Shown here piece by piece: positions 7,789 through 18,103 of a stretch of DNA of 56,581 bases. The DNA is from a virus. Lineage: Duplodnaviria > Caudoviricetes. The DNA is taken from positions 1-56,581 of the IMG/VR virus record IMGVR_UViG_3300020426_000005. The stretch is one strand, 5' to 3'. A model generated the notes under the pieces. That model did no database searches, was not told where the DNA came from, and worked only from the letters and a program-made list of their open reading frames with translations. The stretch's first letter is position 1, and every line of letters starts with the position of its first letter. The translations under genes and the position numbers were made by a program.

Positions 7789-9768
7789 ATGAGAAAAGAG
7801 ATCAAATTAAAAAGCTTAAAACTATCCTATTTCAGAGGGATTCAGCGTAAAGAAATCAATTTCCATAATCACCATACCAACATCTTTGGGAAAAATGAAG
7901 CTGGAAAAACCACGCTTGTAGATGCTTGGAACTGGCTGCTATTTGGAAAGGATAGTAGTGGTAACACCAAATTCGAAATTAAAACATTAGATAAAAATAA
8001 CGAGTATTTATCTGGTGTAGAACATGAAGTAAGTGGTGTTTTAGAGGTTAACGGAGATGAAATATCAATAAGGCGTGTTTTAAAAGAAGACTGGACCCGT
8101 CCAAAGGGACAAAAAGAAAAAATATTGAAAGGTCATATCACTGATTATTATTGGAACGATGCCCCTTTAGAAACAGCAAGAGAATATAATAATAGGATTC
8201 AAAACATATTAGATGAAAAAATTTTTAAACTTATTACCAATCCATATGCATTTGATGCTCTGCCTTGGAAAGAAAGGAGAGATGTGCTTATAGCAATGTG
8301 TGGAGATGTTAGTAATAATGATTTAGCAAATTCACATCCAGAATATGAAAGTTTAGCAAAGGTTTTAAATAGAACAACGCTAGAAGATTACAAAAAAGAA
8401 GTTGCTGCAAAAAGACTAAAATTCATAAAAAATCTTGAAGCTATCCCTACTCGTATCGATGAGGTGTATCGAGGAATGCCGGAGGATCGTGATTTTGATG
8501 TGATCCGCGAAAAGATCAACTTCAAAAATGAAGAACTGGCCGAAGTTGAAGCAAAAATCAACGATAAGTCTAAAGCTCAAAACGCACTATATGAAGAGCG
8601 TAGTAAAACCAATGCGAAGATTCATCAGCTTAAAACGGAACTTCAAAACATCAAATTTGAGATTGAACGAGAAGTTAAGGCATCCCAAACGCAAGATACT
8701 ACCAAACTGGACGAGCTCACTCGTAAGATCAAATCTAAAAAAGAAGCGATTGCCGATTATGAATCAGCGGTGAAACGGTTTGAATCAAACATTAAGGATA
8801 TCGACAAGCAACGTGATACCCTTAGAGAGCAATGGCATACTGAAAATGCTAAAAGTTTCGAGTTTAACGAATCGGAATGCAAATGTCCAACTTGTAAGCG
8901 TGCTTTTGAAGCCGAAGATATTGAAGCTAAAAGAACGGAATTAGAAACGAATTTCAATCAGGCTAAGCAAAATAAAATTGCTGAGATTTCTAAAAAAGGA
9001 GGGGAATTAAAAGAACAATCTGAAAAACTTCAAGAGCGTAAAAAAGGAGGAGAAACGGAAATAGTTAAAGCTAAAGAAGAACTTCAGGTATTAGAACAAG
9101 CCTTCGAGAAAGAAAGCGAACGCCTTAGCAGTAACGAGCCTAAAAAATCAATTGAAAAATTGGTTAAAGAAACTTTAGAAGCTAACCAAGATTACCAGGC
9201 GAAACAAAATGAAATTACCAAGCTAGAAGAAAGCCTTACTGAAGTGAAACCGGTTGATGTTTCAGAATTTCAACAGCAAAAGAGTGAAATAACTACAGAG
9301 CTTGAAACCTTGAAAAAAGAACTTGCTACAGAAGATGCTCGCAAAGAAGCTTTGAAACGTATTCAGGAATTAGGTGATGAAGAACGACAGCTAAATGAGC
9401 AGATCACCAATATTGAAGGGCAAGAATTCACGATCGAAAGCTTTACAAAATTGAAAGTGGAAACTTTGGAGAAGAAAATCAATAGCCAATTTAAGTTAGT
9501 CAATTTCAAACTTTTTAATGTTCAGATTAACGGTTCGATTAATGAAACCTGTGAAGCTTTGATTAATGGTGTGCCGTTTTCAGCGGCCAATACTGCTTCC
9601 AAAATTAATTCGGGCATCGATATTATTAATAGTCTTTGTGATTACTATAAGGTGTCAGCTCCTATTTGGCTTGATAATAGGGAATCGGTTACAGATATCA
9701 TTGACACCGATAGCCAGGTAATTAATCTTATTGTTTCACCTTCCGATAAGGAATTAAGAGTAGCGTAA
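7789..9768 (+). CDS. SbcC/Rad50-like ATPase
   Basis: Walker A GKNEAGKTT, long coiled coil, CPTC zinc hook, C-terminal WLDN. Confidence 0.85.
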   Translation: MRKEIKLKSLKLSYFRGIQRKEINFHNHHTNIFGKNEAGKTTLVDAWNWLLFGKDSSGNTKFEIKTLDKNNEYLSGVEHEVSGVLEVNGDEISIRRVLKEDWTRPKGQKEKILKGHITDYYWNDAPLETAREYNNRIQNILDEKIFKLITNPYAFDALPWKERRDVLIAMCGDVSNNDLANSHPEYESLAKVLNRTTLEDYKKEVAAKRLKFIKNLEAIPTRIDEVYRGMPEDRDFDVIREKINFKNEELAEVEAKINDKSKAQNALYEERSKTNAKIHQLKTELQNIKFEIEREVKASQTQDTTKLDELTRKIKSKKEAIADYESAVKRFESNIKDIDKQRDTLREQWHTENAKSFEFNESECKCPTCKRAFEAEDIEAKRTELETNFNQAKQNKIAEISKKGGELKEQSEKLQERKKGGETEIVKAKEELQVLEQAFEKESERLSSNEPKKSIEKLVKETLEANQDYQAKQNEITKLEESLTEVKPVDVSEFQQQKSEITTELETLKKELATEDARKEALKRIQELGDEERQLNEQITNIEGQEFTIESFTKLKVETLEKKINSQFKLVNFKLFNVQINGSINETCEALINGVPFSAANTASKINSGIDIINSLCDYYKVSAPIWLDNRESVTDIIDTDSQVINLIVSPSDKELRVA

Positions 9769-9983
9769 TGGATAGTATTTCAAAATTGAAAATGATTCTT
9801 GAGAGAATTGAAGACCGTGAAATCGATAAAGACATGAAAGTTTCCTGTCAGTGGGATGTGATTTTAGGATGGGCTTATGATGTTATAAAATTAGATAAAA
9901 ATATACATGAGACCTCGCTTAATCATAAACATAGGACAGAAAGATTAGAGAAGGCAATTAATGAGATTGATCCAATAAGATAA
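9768..9983 (+). CDS. hypothetical protein
   Basis: 71 aa, translationally coupled. Confidence 0.6.
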   Translation: MDSISKLKMILERIEDREIDKDMKVSCQWDVILGWAYDVIKLDKNIHETSLNHKHRTERLEKAINEIDPIR

Positions 9984-10014
9984 AATTTAAAAATCAACAA
10001 TTAATATAAAAATC

Positions 10015-11112
10015 ATGAGTACAGAAAACAATCAATTAGTAAAGCAGAAAAGCAATCAAGTTTCTGAAAATAAAAAACAATTATCTCCTTCAGAAAGATT
10101 TACACAAGCAGTGATGCGCGAGTTTCCTACAGGAGAAGATGCTAAGGTTACATTGTCCGAAAGACAAAAAAAGCTTATCAATCATTATTTTATTAAGCTA
10201 GATAGTGCTTTAAAGGATGCTGAAATAAGACGTTATGCAGGAACAAATAATCTTGAATTTAGCTGGTCTAACGTAAATATACATAAGCTAGCGCAAGACG
10301 TTATTCCTTATTCAAGCATTGGCTTAGATCCTCTTCAACCTAATCAAATTAATCTTATACCGTACAAAAACAGCAAAACAAATAAGTACGATATCACTTT
10401 AATGCCAGGTTATAATGGACTTGAACTGAAAGCAAAAAAATATGGTTTTGAAGTGCCGGATGATGTAACATTTGAGTTAAAATATTCTACCGATGTTTTT
10501 AAGTCTTATAAAAAAGACCGAAATAATAGTGTAGAAAATTATGATTTCGAAATCACTAATGATTTTGATAGAGGAGAATTACAAGGAGGTTTCTATTACA
10601 TGGAATACAAAGATAATCCAGAGAAAAATAAACTTGTTGTAATGAGTAGATCTGCTATTGAAAAAAGACGTCCTGAATATGCAGCTGCTGAATTTTGGGG
10701 AGGCGAAAAAGACAAGTGGGAATATAACCAATCCCAAGGGAAAAAAGTAAAAAACGGCAAGATTCAAGTTGAAGGATGGGAAGAAGAAATGTTCCTAAAA
10801 ACTTTGAAACGTCACTGCTGGAATTCAATAAACATTGATAGCGAAAAAATAGATGATAATCTTATGAAAGTTATCGAGAATGAAATGCAATCCAATGAGA
10901 GAGCTTTAAAAGAAGATATCAAGCAAAACGCCAACAAACGAAAGTTTGATACTTCAGATATCGAGGAAGCGGAGTATGAGGAGGAAGAACCACTTGCAGA
11001 AGATCAGGAAGCCGAGAAACAGCGCTTATATGACGAAGCTATGGCGGAAGAGCAAGGGCAAGCTTCAATGGTGGGTAGAACAGAGAATTTACAACAAGGA
11101 CCTAATTTTTAA
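10015..11112 (+). CDS. RecT-like ssDNA-annealing recombinase
   Basis: IGLDPL...LIPY...GYNGL...EEMFLKT pattern, acidic tail; lies between the Rad50-like and MBL genes. Confidence 0.75.
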   Translation: MSTENNQLVKQKSNQVSENKKQLSPSERFTQAVMREFPTGEDAKVTLSERQKKLINHYFIKLDSALKDAEIRRYAGTNNLEFSWSNVNIHKLAQDVIPYSSIGLDPLQPNQINLIPYKNSKTNKYDITLMPGYNGLELKAKKYGFEVPDDVTFELKYSTDVFKSYKKDRNNSVENYDFEITNDFDRGELQGGFYYMEYKDNPEKNKLVVMSRSAIEKRRPEYAAAEFWGGEKDKWEYNQSQGKKVKNGKIQVEGWEEEMFLKTLKRHCWNSINIDSEKIDDNLMKVIENEMQSNERALKEDIKQNANKRKFDTSDIEEAEYEEEEPLAEDQEAEKQRLYDEAMAEEQGQASMVGRTENLQQGPNF

Positions 11113-11121
11113 CATCAATCT

Positions 11122-11361
11122 ATGGAAAATTCAATATTAAATAGTTTTCAGCAACAGGGTTTAGCAGATCTTTTAATTGATTCAGCTACTACAGAAAGTC
11201 AATTCAAATTATTCTCATTACTGAAACCAAAAATCTATAAAGACGGAGATAAATGGTGTGTTTTGTATGGAGATAATTTACAGGAAGGAGTTGTAGGATT
11301 TGGAAAAACACCTCAGAAAGCTGTAAGCGAATGGACAAACAATTGGTATTGTGAATCTTAA
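11122..11361 (+). CDS. hypothetical phage protein
   Basis: DGDKWCVLYGDNLQEGVVGFGKTP. Confidence 0.65.
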   Translation: MENSILNSFQQQGLADLLIDSATTESQFKLFSLLKPKIYKDGDKWCVLYGDNLQEGVVGFGKTPQKAVSEWTNNWYCES

Positions 11362-12091
11362 AGTAATTAGCACAGGGAGCCAAGGGAACGCCTATGTATT
11401 AGAGAACGATTCCGAGGCTCTCTTAATCGAATGTGGAGTTAAGATTATGGACATCAAAAAAGCATTGAATTTTAGCTTTAGTAAGGTTTCAGGATGTCTT
11501 GTAAGCCACCGACATTTAGATCATGCTAAATCCGTGAAAGACCTCATGAAGGCAGGAATCAATGTATGGACCAGCGAAGCCACTCATGAAGCTATGGGTA
11601 CAACAATGCATCATAGAGCTTGCATGTTACCAGAGTGGAAGTTGCAAAATATAGGCAACTTTAAAGTTAAAGCCTTCAACGTCGATCATGACGGTGTGCC
11701 ATGCTATGGGTTTTTAATCTATCACAAGGATTGCGGACGGGTTTTATTCTGTACGGACTTAAAATATGTTCCCGGCACTTTTGATAAGCTTTCGAATATC
11801 ATTATTGAAGCGAATTACGATCAAAAAATTATCGATCGAAAAGTAGCTGAGGGGATGAATCCAAAGTTTTTACGCAACCGGGTGTTACGGTCTCACATGA
11901 GCTTAGATACCTGTATTGGAGCTTTAAGAGCGAATGATCTAAGCATGGTCAATAATATAGTTCTTGTGCATTTGAGTGATAGCAATAGCCATGCGGTTAA
12001 CTTCAAAAAAGAAGTAGAGAAAGCAACTGGACGGACGGTAACCGTTGCAGAGAATGGTTTAAAAATGAATTTTGATAAAGTAGGATTTTAG
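11351..12091 (+). CDS. MBL-fold metallo-hydrolase (probable exonuclease partner of RecT)
   Basis: SHRHLDH motif, HD, TD, EANY, HLS; GTG start. Confidence 0.85.
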   Translation: MNLKVISTGSQGNAYVLENDSEALLIECGVKIMDIKKALNFSFSKVSGCLVSHRHLDHAKSVKDLMKAGINVWTSEATHEAMGTTMHHRACMLPEWKLQNIGNFKVKAFNVDHDGVPCYGFLIYHKDCGRVLFCTDLKYVPGTFDKLSNIIIEANYDQKIIDRKVAEGMNPKFLRNRVLRSHMSLDTCIGALRANDLSMVNNIVLVHLSDSNSHAVNFKKEVEKATGRTVTVAENGLKMNFDKVGF

Positions 12092-12093
12092 TT

Positions 12094-12396
12094 ATGAATG
12101 ATATAAACTGCCCTTATTGCGACGCTGAATTAGAAGTTTGCCACGATGATGGCGAAGGATATAGTGAAGACGAATTACATCAAATGAATTGTTCTAATTG
12201 CGACAAAGATTTTGTTTTCACAACCACTATAATGTTTTCTTATCATCCAGAAAAAGCGGACTGCTTAAATGGTTCAGGTCATAATTTCAAGAGAACTCAT
12301 ACAGTTCCTAGAAGATATACAAAAATGGAATGCACTATGTGTGGAGAAAGAAGAGATCCAACTAATAAAGAACTTCAAGAAATTTTAAAGGAGTAA
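12094..12396 (+). CDS. zinc-finger protein
   Basis: three CxxC pairs. Confidence 0.65.
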   Translation: MNDINCPYCDAELEVCHDDGEGYSEDELHQMNCSNCDKDFVFTTTIMFSYHPEKADCLNGSGHNFKRTHTVPRRYTKMECTMCGERRDPTNKELQEILKE

Positions 12397-12397
12397 A

Positions 12398-12592
12398 ATG
12401 AACCTATCTCCTGAAGAACTAAAAGACGTGAAAGAAGTACTTCAATTTCTTATAGAAAAGAAAGTTGAAGCAACTGGTGGCCATGGCGGATTTACGCCTA
12501 AAAATTTAGAACCTATTTTGAAAGAAATGGAAAAGGATGGATTAATCAAAAGTCGTCCAACCATCAACGGAATAGGATATTTCAACAATTAA
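12398..12592 (+). CDS. small winged-helix-like hypothetical protein
   Basis: 64 aa; stop codon lies inside a leader-motif copy. Confidence 0.55.
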   Translation: MNLSPEELKDVKEVLQFLIEKKVEATGGHGGFTPKNLEPILKEMEKDGLIKSRPTINGIGYFNN

Positions 12593-12604
12593 TATTTATC
12601 AATT

Positions 12605-13669
12605 ATGATTAATTTATATAATGCACAAATAGAAAAAATAGCCTTTCATAGAATTGGCAATAAAGCTAGAAACGAAGGAAAGTTTTTAGCAAAAGAAGCA
12701 ACGGTTTTGAATGACGAAATTAGTCCGCTGCTTAAGGAATACTATTTAAAACCGTTCCGCGAAAAAGAAGAGAACTATCTCAAGTTCGCTCACGAAGTAG
12801 ATTTGGAGTTTAATGAAATGCATAACCTGGCTAAAGAACTATTAATAGCCGGGAATACTAATTCAGATAATTTCATCACGCTTTCTCAAAAGGTTGCAAC
12901 CTTGTTATTTGAATTATCAGGGCATCCACATATTAAATCCGGTGAAGTATCAGTGGTGTATTTTCATAATCTACAATTTGATAATGAGAAAACCGATGCA
13001 ATAGGGATTTTCAAAAGTGAAATTAAACAGGATTTTTTACAATTTGATAAGCAAGAAACGCATCTGGAATTGCAGCTTAAGCAAGGTGTGAATCTAGCTA
13101 AACTCGACAAAGGAGCCTTGATCTTTAATACTGAAGAAAAAGAAGGATATAAGGTTCTTGTAGTTGACCAGAATCGATACGATACGAAGTATTGGCTGGA
13201 TAACTTTTTAGGAGTTGTAGAAGCTGAAGATAGTAAGTTTCAAACAAAAAAATACCTGAAGATGTGCCAGGACTTCTCTAAAGATGTGGTACTACAAGCA
13301 GAAGATAAAAAGGAAGAATTAACCTTCATGAATCGTGCTTTCGATCACTTTGCTAAAAATGATGAGTTTAATGAAGATCAGTTTCTCAATCAATTTAAAA
13401 ATCCTGATCTCATTCCAGAATTCAAAAATTACAAGGAAGAGCGATCGCAGAAATATAGCATTCAGGATCTTTCTTCATTCCCTATTGATAATAAAGCCGT
13501 TAGTGAAAGCCGTAAAAAGTTCAAAGGTGTTATTGAATTAGATACTAATATGAGTATCAAAATGGATTTCGTCAGCGAAGAAAGCGCGGATAAATTCTTA
13601 GAAAAGGGCTGGGATGAAGAACGTCAAATGTACTATTATCTGTGCTATTTCAATTCTGAAAAGAAGTAA
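12605..13669 (+). CDS. nucleoid-associated protein (YejK/NdpA-like)
   Basis: FHRIGNK, HPHIKSGE, IGIFKSE, KLDKGALIFN, YWLDNFL; 354 aa. Confidence 0.75.
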   Translation: MINLYNAQIEKIAFHRIGNKARNEGKFLAKEATVLNDEISPLLKEYYLKPFREKEENYLKFAHEVDLEFNEMHNLAKELLIAGNTNSDNFITLSQKVATLLFELSGHPHIKSGEVSVVYFHNLQFDNEKTDAIGIFKSEIKQDFLQFDKQETHLELQLKQGVNLAKLDKGALIFNTEEKEGYKVLVVDQNRYDTKYWLDNFLGVVEAEDSKFQTKKYLKMCQDFSKDVVLQAEDKKEELTFMNRAFDHFAKNDEFNEDQFLNQFKNPDLIPEFKNYKEERSQKYSIQDLSSFPIDNKAVSESRKKFKGVIELDTNMSIKMDFVSEESADKFLEKGWDEERQMYYYLCYFNSEKK

Positions 13670-13673
13670 AGTT

Positions 13674-14042
13674 ATGGCAAATAAAACAATGATAATACCC
13701 GCAGCATTGGTTTCTTATCAAAGTTTAAAGGATAGAACTTTAAAACTTGTTTTTGAAACTAATGAACCAACACCAGAGGACTTAGGGAATATCGCTATGA
13801 ACTCTCAAAAGTTCGGTTTTCTGGCTTTTCAGGAAGATAAATATACTAATGAGCAACGACAAATAATTGAAGACTTAGAAAGCTCCTATGAGGATAAAGG
13901 AAAATCTAAATCAAAGCGACTACGAGACGTCTTATTTGTGTATTGGAAGCAGAATCCTAAAGGGTATGAGGTGTTTGATGATTTCTATAATTATCACATG
14001 GAACAATTCATTAATCACGTTAAAAATCAGTTAGAACCTTAA
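13674..14042 (+). CDS. hypothetical phage protein
   Basis: start moved to MANKT; SKRLRDVLFVYW motif. Confidence 0.65.
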   Translation: MANKTMIIPAALVSYQSLKDRTLKLVFETNEPTPEDLGNIAMNSQKFGFLAFQEDKYTNEQRQIIEDLESSYEDKGKSKSKRLRDVLFVYWKQNPKGYEVFDDFYNYHMEQFINHVKNQLEP

Positions 14043-14052
14043 AACAGTATTT

Positions 14053-14319
14053 ATGAAAACATGGATAGGTGTTATTACAAAGATTACAGAATTAGATCCT
14101 AATAATACTGGACATCAAAAAAGAAAAGTCGTTCTCCAGGAAAACAATAAAGAGAGCGTTAGTATCGACTTTAAGGGAAATATGCTTATCAAGCTAGAAA
14201 AGTATTTTAAAGTCAACGATCCAGTTATTATCACTGCTGAAAATAAACATAATGAAAGCAGTAATAATCTACATTTCAATAATATCTACGCAAAGGAGAT
14301 TGAAATGGATATAAAGTAG
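14053..14319 (+). CDS. OB-fold ssDNA-binding-like protein (DUF3127-like)
   Basis: GVITKI...QKRKVVL...FNNIYA pattern. Confidence 0.55.
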   Translation: MKTWIGVITKITELDPNNTGHQKRKVVLQENNKESVSIDFKGNMLIKLEKYFKVNDPVIITAENKHNESSNNLHFNNIYAKEIEMDIK

Positions 14320-14347
14320 AATTTTCAACAATTAATACCATCACATT

Positions 14348-15052
14348 ATGAAAGAATTAATTCAAATTAATGAAACAGAAAACGGAAGAGCAGTAAGTGC
14401 CCGTGAGCTTCACGAGGTTTTAAAGGTCAAATCAGATTTTTCTCATTGGTGTAAAAGAATGTTTGAATATGGTTTTCAAGAGGATATTGACTTTGCGTCA
14501 TTTTCGACGAAAAGTACAGGGGGAAGACCTTCAACTGATTATGCATTAAGCATAGATTGCGCTAAAGAAATTTCTATGCTTCAGAGAACTGAAGTAGGTA
14601 AGAAAGTGAGGCTTTATTTCATCCAAAAAGAAAAAGAAGCATTAAATCCTTACGCGAACTTAAACAAGTTAGATGCATTACGTTTAGCTGTAGAAGCCGA
14701 AGAACGCAACCAACTACTGGAAGAGCAAATAAAAATACAAGCTCCTACGGTTGCATACGCTAATAAGGTGCTAGATAGTAAAGCTACCTATGTAACCAAT
14801 CAAATCGCAAAAGAACTTGGCACAAGCGCGGTAACACTTAATCGTATGCTTAATAAACTCAATGTGATTTATAAGCAAAACGGCACCTGGTTATTGTATG
14901 CCAAATATCAAAATAAAGGCTTTAGCAAGACGAAAACCTATACCTACACCGATAGCGAAGGAAACCAAAAAACGAGCATGCAACTAGTGTGGTTAGAAAA
15001 AGGGAGAAAGTTTATTCACGAGCTTTTTAACCAGAATCTTAAAATAGCGTAA
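14348..15052 (+). CDS. antirepressor (AntA/AntB plus KilAC domains)
   Basis: VSARELHEVL...AKEISM; QIAKELG...WLEKGRKFI. Confidence 0.9.
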   Translation: MKELIQINETENGRAVSARELHEVLKVKSDFSHWCKRMFEYGFQEDIDFASFSTKSTGGRPSTDYALSIDCAKEISMLQRTEVGKKVRLYFIQKEKEALNPYANLNKLDALRLAVEAEERNQLLEEQIKIQAPTVAYANKVLDSKATYVTNQIAKELGTSAVTLNRMLNKLNVIYKQNGTWLLYAKYQNKGFSKTKTYTYTDSEGNQKTSMQLVWLEKGRKFIHELFNQNLKIA

Positions 15053-15063
15053 GGAGGTGTATT

Positions 15064-15255
15064 ATGCCACAAAAGAGCGATTATCCGCTATACGCAACGA
15101 GCATTTCCAAACCGACACAAGAACTATTTATTTTCCGTGATAACGGGCAACAGGTTAGAGTAAAGCTTACAGGTTCACAGCCTGTAAGCGATTACAAACT
15201 CACTGCTGAAGAACGTATTCACATCTTAGAACATTTCTATAAAAAGAAGTCATGA
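15064..15255 (+). CDS. hypothetical protein
   Basis: 63 aa, coupled to the next gene. Confidence 0.55.
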   Translation: MPQKSDYPLYATSISKPTQELFIFRDNGQQVRVKLTGSQPVSDYKLTAEERIHILEHFYKKKS

Positions 15256-15992
15256 GTAAACAAGCATATTATTTCTCCCACGATAGTAACGCCCGTAATG
15301 ATGAGAAAATTCTCGCCGTGCGGATGAAACTAGGGATGGAAGGTTATGGTATTTACTGGTCGATTTTAGAGAAAATGAGAGAGAATTCCGACTACATGTG
15401 CATTAAAGATTATAATGTTATAGCCTTTGACTTACGTGTTTCTTCGGATAAAATAAAAGCTCTTATCGAAGATTTTGACCTATTTGAATTTACCGAAGAC
15501 CGTAAAAAATTCTTTTCAAAAAGCTTTATAGATCGCATGTCTAAAAAAGATGAAAAATCTGAAAATGCCAAAAAAGCTGCAAAAAAACGTTGGTCTGGAA
15601 ACACTGATAAACAGAAAGTTAATGCAGATGCAATGCAACCGCATAGCGAACGCATTACGGACGGTATGCCTAATAAAGGAAAAGAAAGTAAAGTAAATAA
15701 AAGTAAAGAGAGAGAGGACGCTCGCGCTTTAGATTTTTTGAAAAAAGAAAATCCTCAAAGATTTGAAACTGATTTTTTAATGCGTTATAAATCTAAAATT
15801 AAAAATCCTAAAAAATTCACCGACGATTTTAATGATACCGTGGATCAGGAAAATTTAGAATACAGTGCAAAAATTTTATTCGCCAGGCTTGGAAAATATG
15901 CAAGAAACTGGATAGAAAACGAAAGAAAATATGGTGAAAATCAGCATCAACATTCAAAAACAGATAAACCAAAATTCGCTATAAACCGCTAA
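15252..15992 (+). CDS. phage replication initiator (DUF4373/Lin1244-like N-terminus)
   Basis: YFSHDSNARNDEKI...GYGIYW; internal iteron-like repeats. Confidence 0.8.
   Translation: MSKQAYYFSHDSNARNDEKILAVRMKLGMEGYGIYWSILEKMRENSDYMCIKDYNVIAFDLRVSSDKIKALIEDFDLFEFTEDRKKFFSKSFIDRMSKKDEKSENAKKAAKKRWSGNTDKQKVNADAMQPHSERITDGMPNKGKESKVNKSKEREDARALDFLKKENPQRFETDFLMRYKSKIKNPKKFTDDFNDTVDQENLEYSAKILFARLGKYARNWIENERKYGENQHQHSKTDKPKFAINR
15621..15717 (+). other. putative phage replication origin
   Basis: four degenerate 11-mers followed by a purine-rich tract, inside the initiator gene. Confidence 0.5.
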
Positions 15993-15994
15993 TT

Positions 15995-16822
15995 ATGAAC
16001 ATAAAAAGCAAAAGAGGCGTTATAAGCACCAGAGAATACCAGTGGCTCAAAACATTTCCAAACCTCACTGAAGAAGAGCAACATAAAGTTGCTGAATACG
16101 AGGAAACCAATAAGCCAAGAGTATTTAAAAAACCAGAATCAAAACCAAGTCCAAAGCCTCAGGACAAAGTAGAAATAACCAAAGGTTTGTTGTGGCGAGG
16201 ATTCAAAAAATTCTATGAGTTGCACAATGGAAAACAATTTGAAGAAACACCGGAAACGCTTAAAAACATCGCCCCGATTATCTTGTACTTCTCTCGTGAT
16301 TTAGATTTTTTCAAACAGGAAAGATTGTTAAAAAAAATCGGAGAAACTAAACTGAATCTAAGCTTTGAAAAAGGCTTGTTAGTGATCGGGAACTACGGGA
16401 ACGGTAAAACTTCCATAATGGCTACCATGTCTAAAATGATGCAAAATTATCGCATCCCAGGTTGGTTTAAAAGCTATAGCAGCCATGATCTGGTAAGAGA
16501 ATTTGAAGGAGTTGAAAATCCTAATGATCGCTTAGAATTCTATAAGCGATATGCAAAGCATAATCTATACATCGATGATGTGAAAAAAGAAAAAATGGCT
16601 TCAAATTTCGGTAAAGTTGATGTTGTCCGTGATATTCTGGAAAACCGCTATGATAACAAATCAATTACGCATATTACCTGCAATTACCGAGAAGGCGATG
16701 GAAGTCAAGATCTATCCGATGCGCTGGTAGAATTTGGGGAGCGCTACGGAGGCCACATGTACGACCGTTTATTCGAAATGTTTAATATCATTCAGTTCAA
16801 AGGAAAAAGTTACCGAATATGA
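15995..16822 (+). CDS. DnaC/IstB-like P-loop ATPase (helicase loader)
   Basis: GNYGNGKT, LYIDD, THITCN, DRLFEM. Confidence 0.85.
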   Translation: MNIKSKRGVISTREYQWLKTFPNLTEEEQHKVAEYEETNKPRVFKKPESKPSPKPQDKVEITKGLLWRGFKKFYELHNGKQFEETPETLKNIAPIILYFSRDLDFFKQERLLKKIGETKLNLSFEKGLLVIGNYGNGKTSIMATMSKMMQNYRIPGWFKSYSSHDLVREFEGVENPNDRLEFYKRYAKHNLYIDDVKKEKMASNFGKVDVVRDILENRYDNKSITHITCNYREGDGSQDLSDALVEFGERYGGHMYDRLFEMFNIIQFKGKSYRI

Positions 16823-17160
16823 CACCAGAAGAAAAAGTATTTATAGTCGAGAATCGATTCGACTTAACTCAGAAAGAAATCGCTAACTACCTTGGCTATC
16901 ATAAATCCTACATCCAGCAATACATGGATAAATATTTCCTAAGTCTCAGTGAAGAAGCTAAAGAAAAACGAAGAGGGCAGCGCATCAGCGAAGCCAAAAA
17001 AAGAAATCCAGTAAAGCGCGTAGTTCAGGGCGAAGGCAAAATTGATAAAGCTATCATTTTCGCAAAAGAGCAAGGCTATGCAAATATTACTCAAGCCTTT
17101 GCCAAAGAAGGAAAACGAAAATTTATGCAAAGATTTGAATTAGAATATTGCAATATTTAA
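16819..17160 (+). CDS. HTH protein
   Basis: LTQKEIANYLGYHKSYI. Confidence 0.6.
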   Translation: MTPEEKVFIVENRFDLTQKEIANYLGYHKSYIQQYMDKYFLSLSEEAKEKRRGQRISEAKKRNPVKRVVQGEGKIDKAIIFAKEQGYANITQAFAKEGKRKFMQRFELEYCNI

Positions 17161-17303
17161 ATAAAAATTTGTAAGTTTATCAACGTTATGCACAGCATAG
17201 CACCCGCCATCACCGGGAATATTTTTTCAACAATTAATATCACATAGAATCATGTTATTTTCCAAAATTTATATTTGGGCGCATGCTTCCAATTTAAAAA
17301 AGC

Positions 17304-18101
17304 ATGATAATTAACGATCACTTTCAGAACTATAAACGCTATAATATTCCGCGTGCCCAGCTTGTAATTGCTGATATTCCGTATAATATCGGAAAAAATG
17401 CGTATGGCTCCAATCCTACATGGTACAACGGAGGCGATAATAAAAATGGCGAAAGCGAATTAGCCGGTAAGGAATTTTTTGATACCGATAAAGATTTTCG
17501 CATTTCAGAATTTCTTCATTTCTGTTCAAAGTTACTTCGACCAGAACCCAAAGAAAAAGGCAAGGCTCCATGTATGATTGTTTTTTGTGCCTTTGAGCAA
17601 CAATTTGAGCTTATAGAAAAAGCCAAAAAATATGGCTTAGGAAAATACATAAATTTAGTTTTCCGTAAAAACTTTTCAGCCCAGGTACTTAAGGCAAATA
17701 TGCGAGTTGTAGGGAACTGCGAATATGCATTACTGTTCTACCGGGATAAGCTCCCAAAATTTAACAATAACGGCAAAATGGTTATGAATTGCATTGACTG
17801 GGAACGTGATAATTCAATGCCAAAGATACATCCCACACAAAAGCCTGTTAAACTCATAGAAAAACTCATTGAATTATTTACTGATCCCGGAGAAGTGGTA
17901 ATTGATCCATGTTGCGGTAGTGGCTCTAGTCTTGTGGCAGCAATAAATACTAACCGTAAAGGTTTTGGATTCGAGATTAAAAAGGATTTCTATAAAGATG
18001 CAAATGAGTATTTAAGTGTTCACAAAAATAACCTAAACGAGATCAAAGAATTAGGTTATTCAAAGACTGAATTAGAGAAAATTAATCCGATACTTTTTTA
18101 G
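17304..18101 (+). CDS. N6A/N4C DNA methyltransferase (beta-class order)
   Basis: DIPY motif, HPTQKP, DPCCGSGS. Confidence 0.9.
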   Translation: MIINDHFQNYKRYNIPRAQLVIADIPYNIGKNAYGSNPTWYNGGDNKNGESELAGKEFFDTDKDFRISEFLHFCSKLLRPEPKEKGKAPCMIVFCAFEQQFELIEKAKKYGLGKYINLVFRKNFSAQVLKANMRVVGNCEYALLFYRDKLPKFNNNGKMVMNCIDWERDNSMPKIHPTQKPVKLIEKLIELFTDPGEVVIDPCCGSGSSLVAAINTNRKGFGFEIKKDFYKDANEYLSVHKNNLNEIKELGYSKTELEKINPILF

Positions 18102-18103
18102 TT

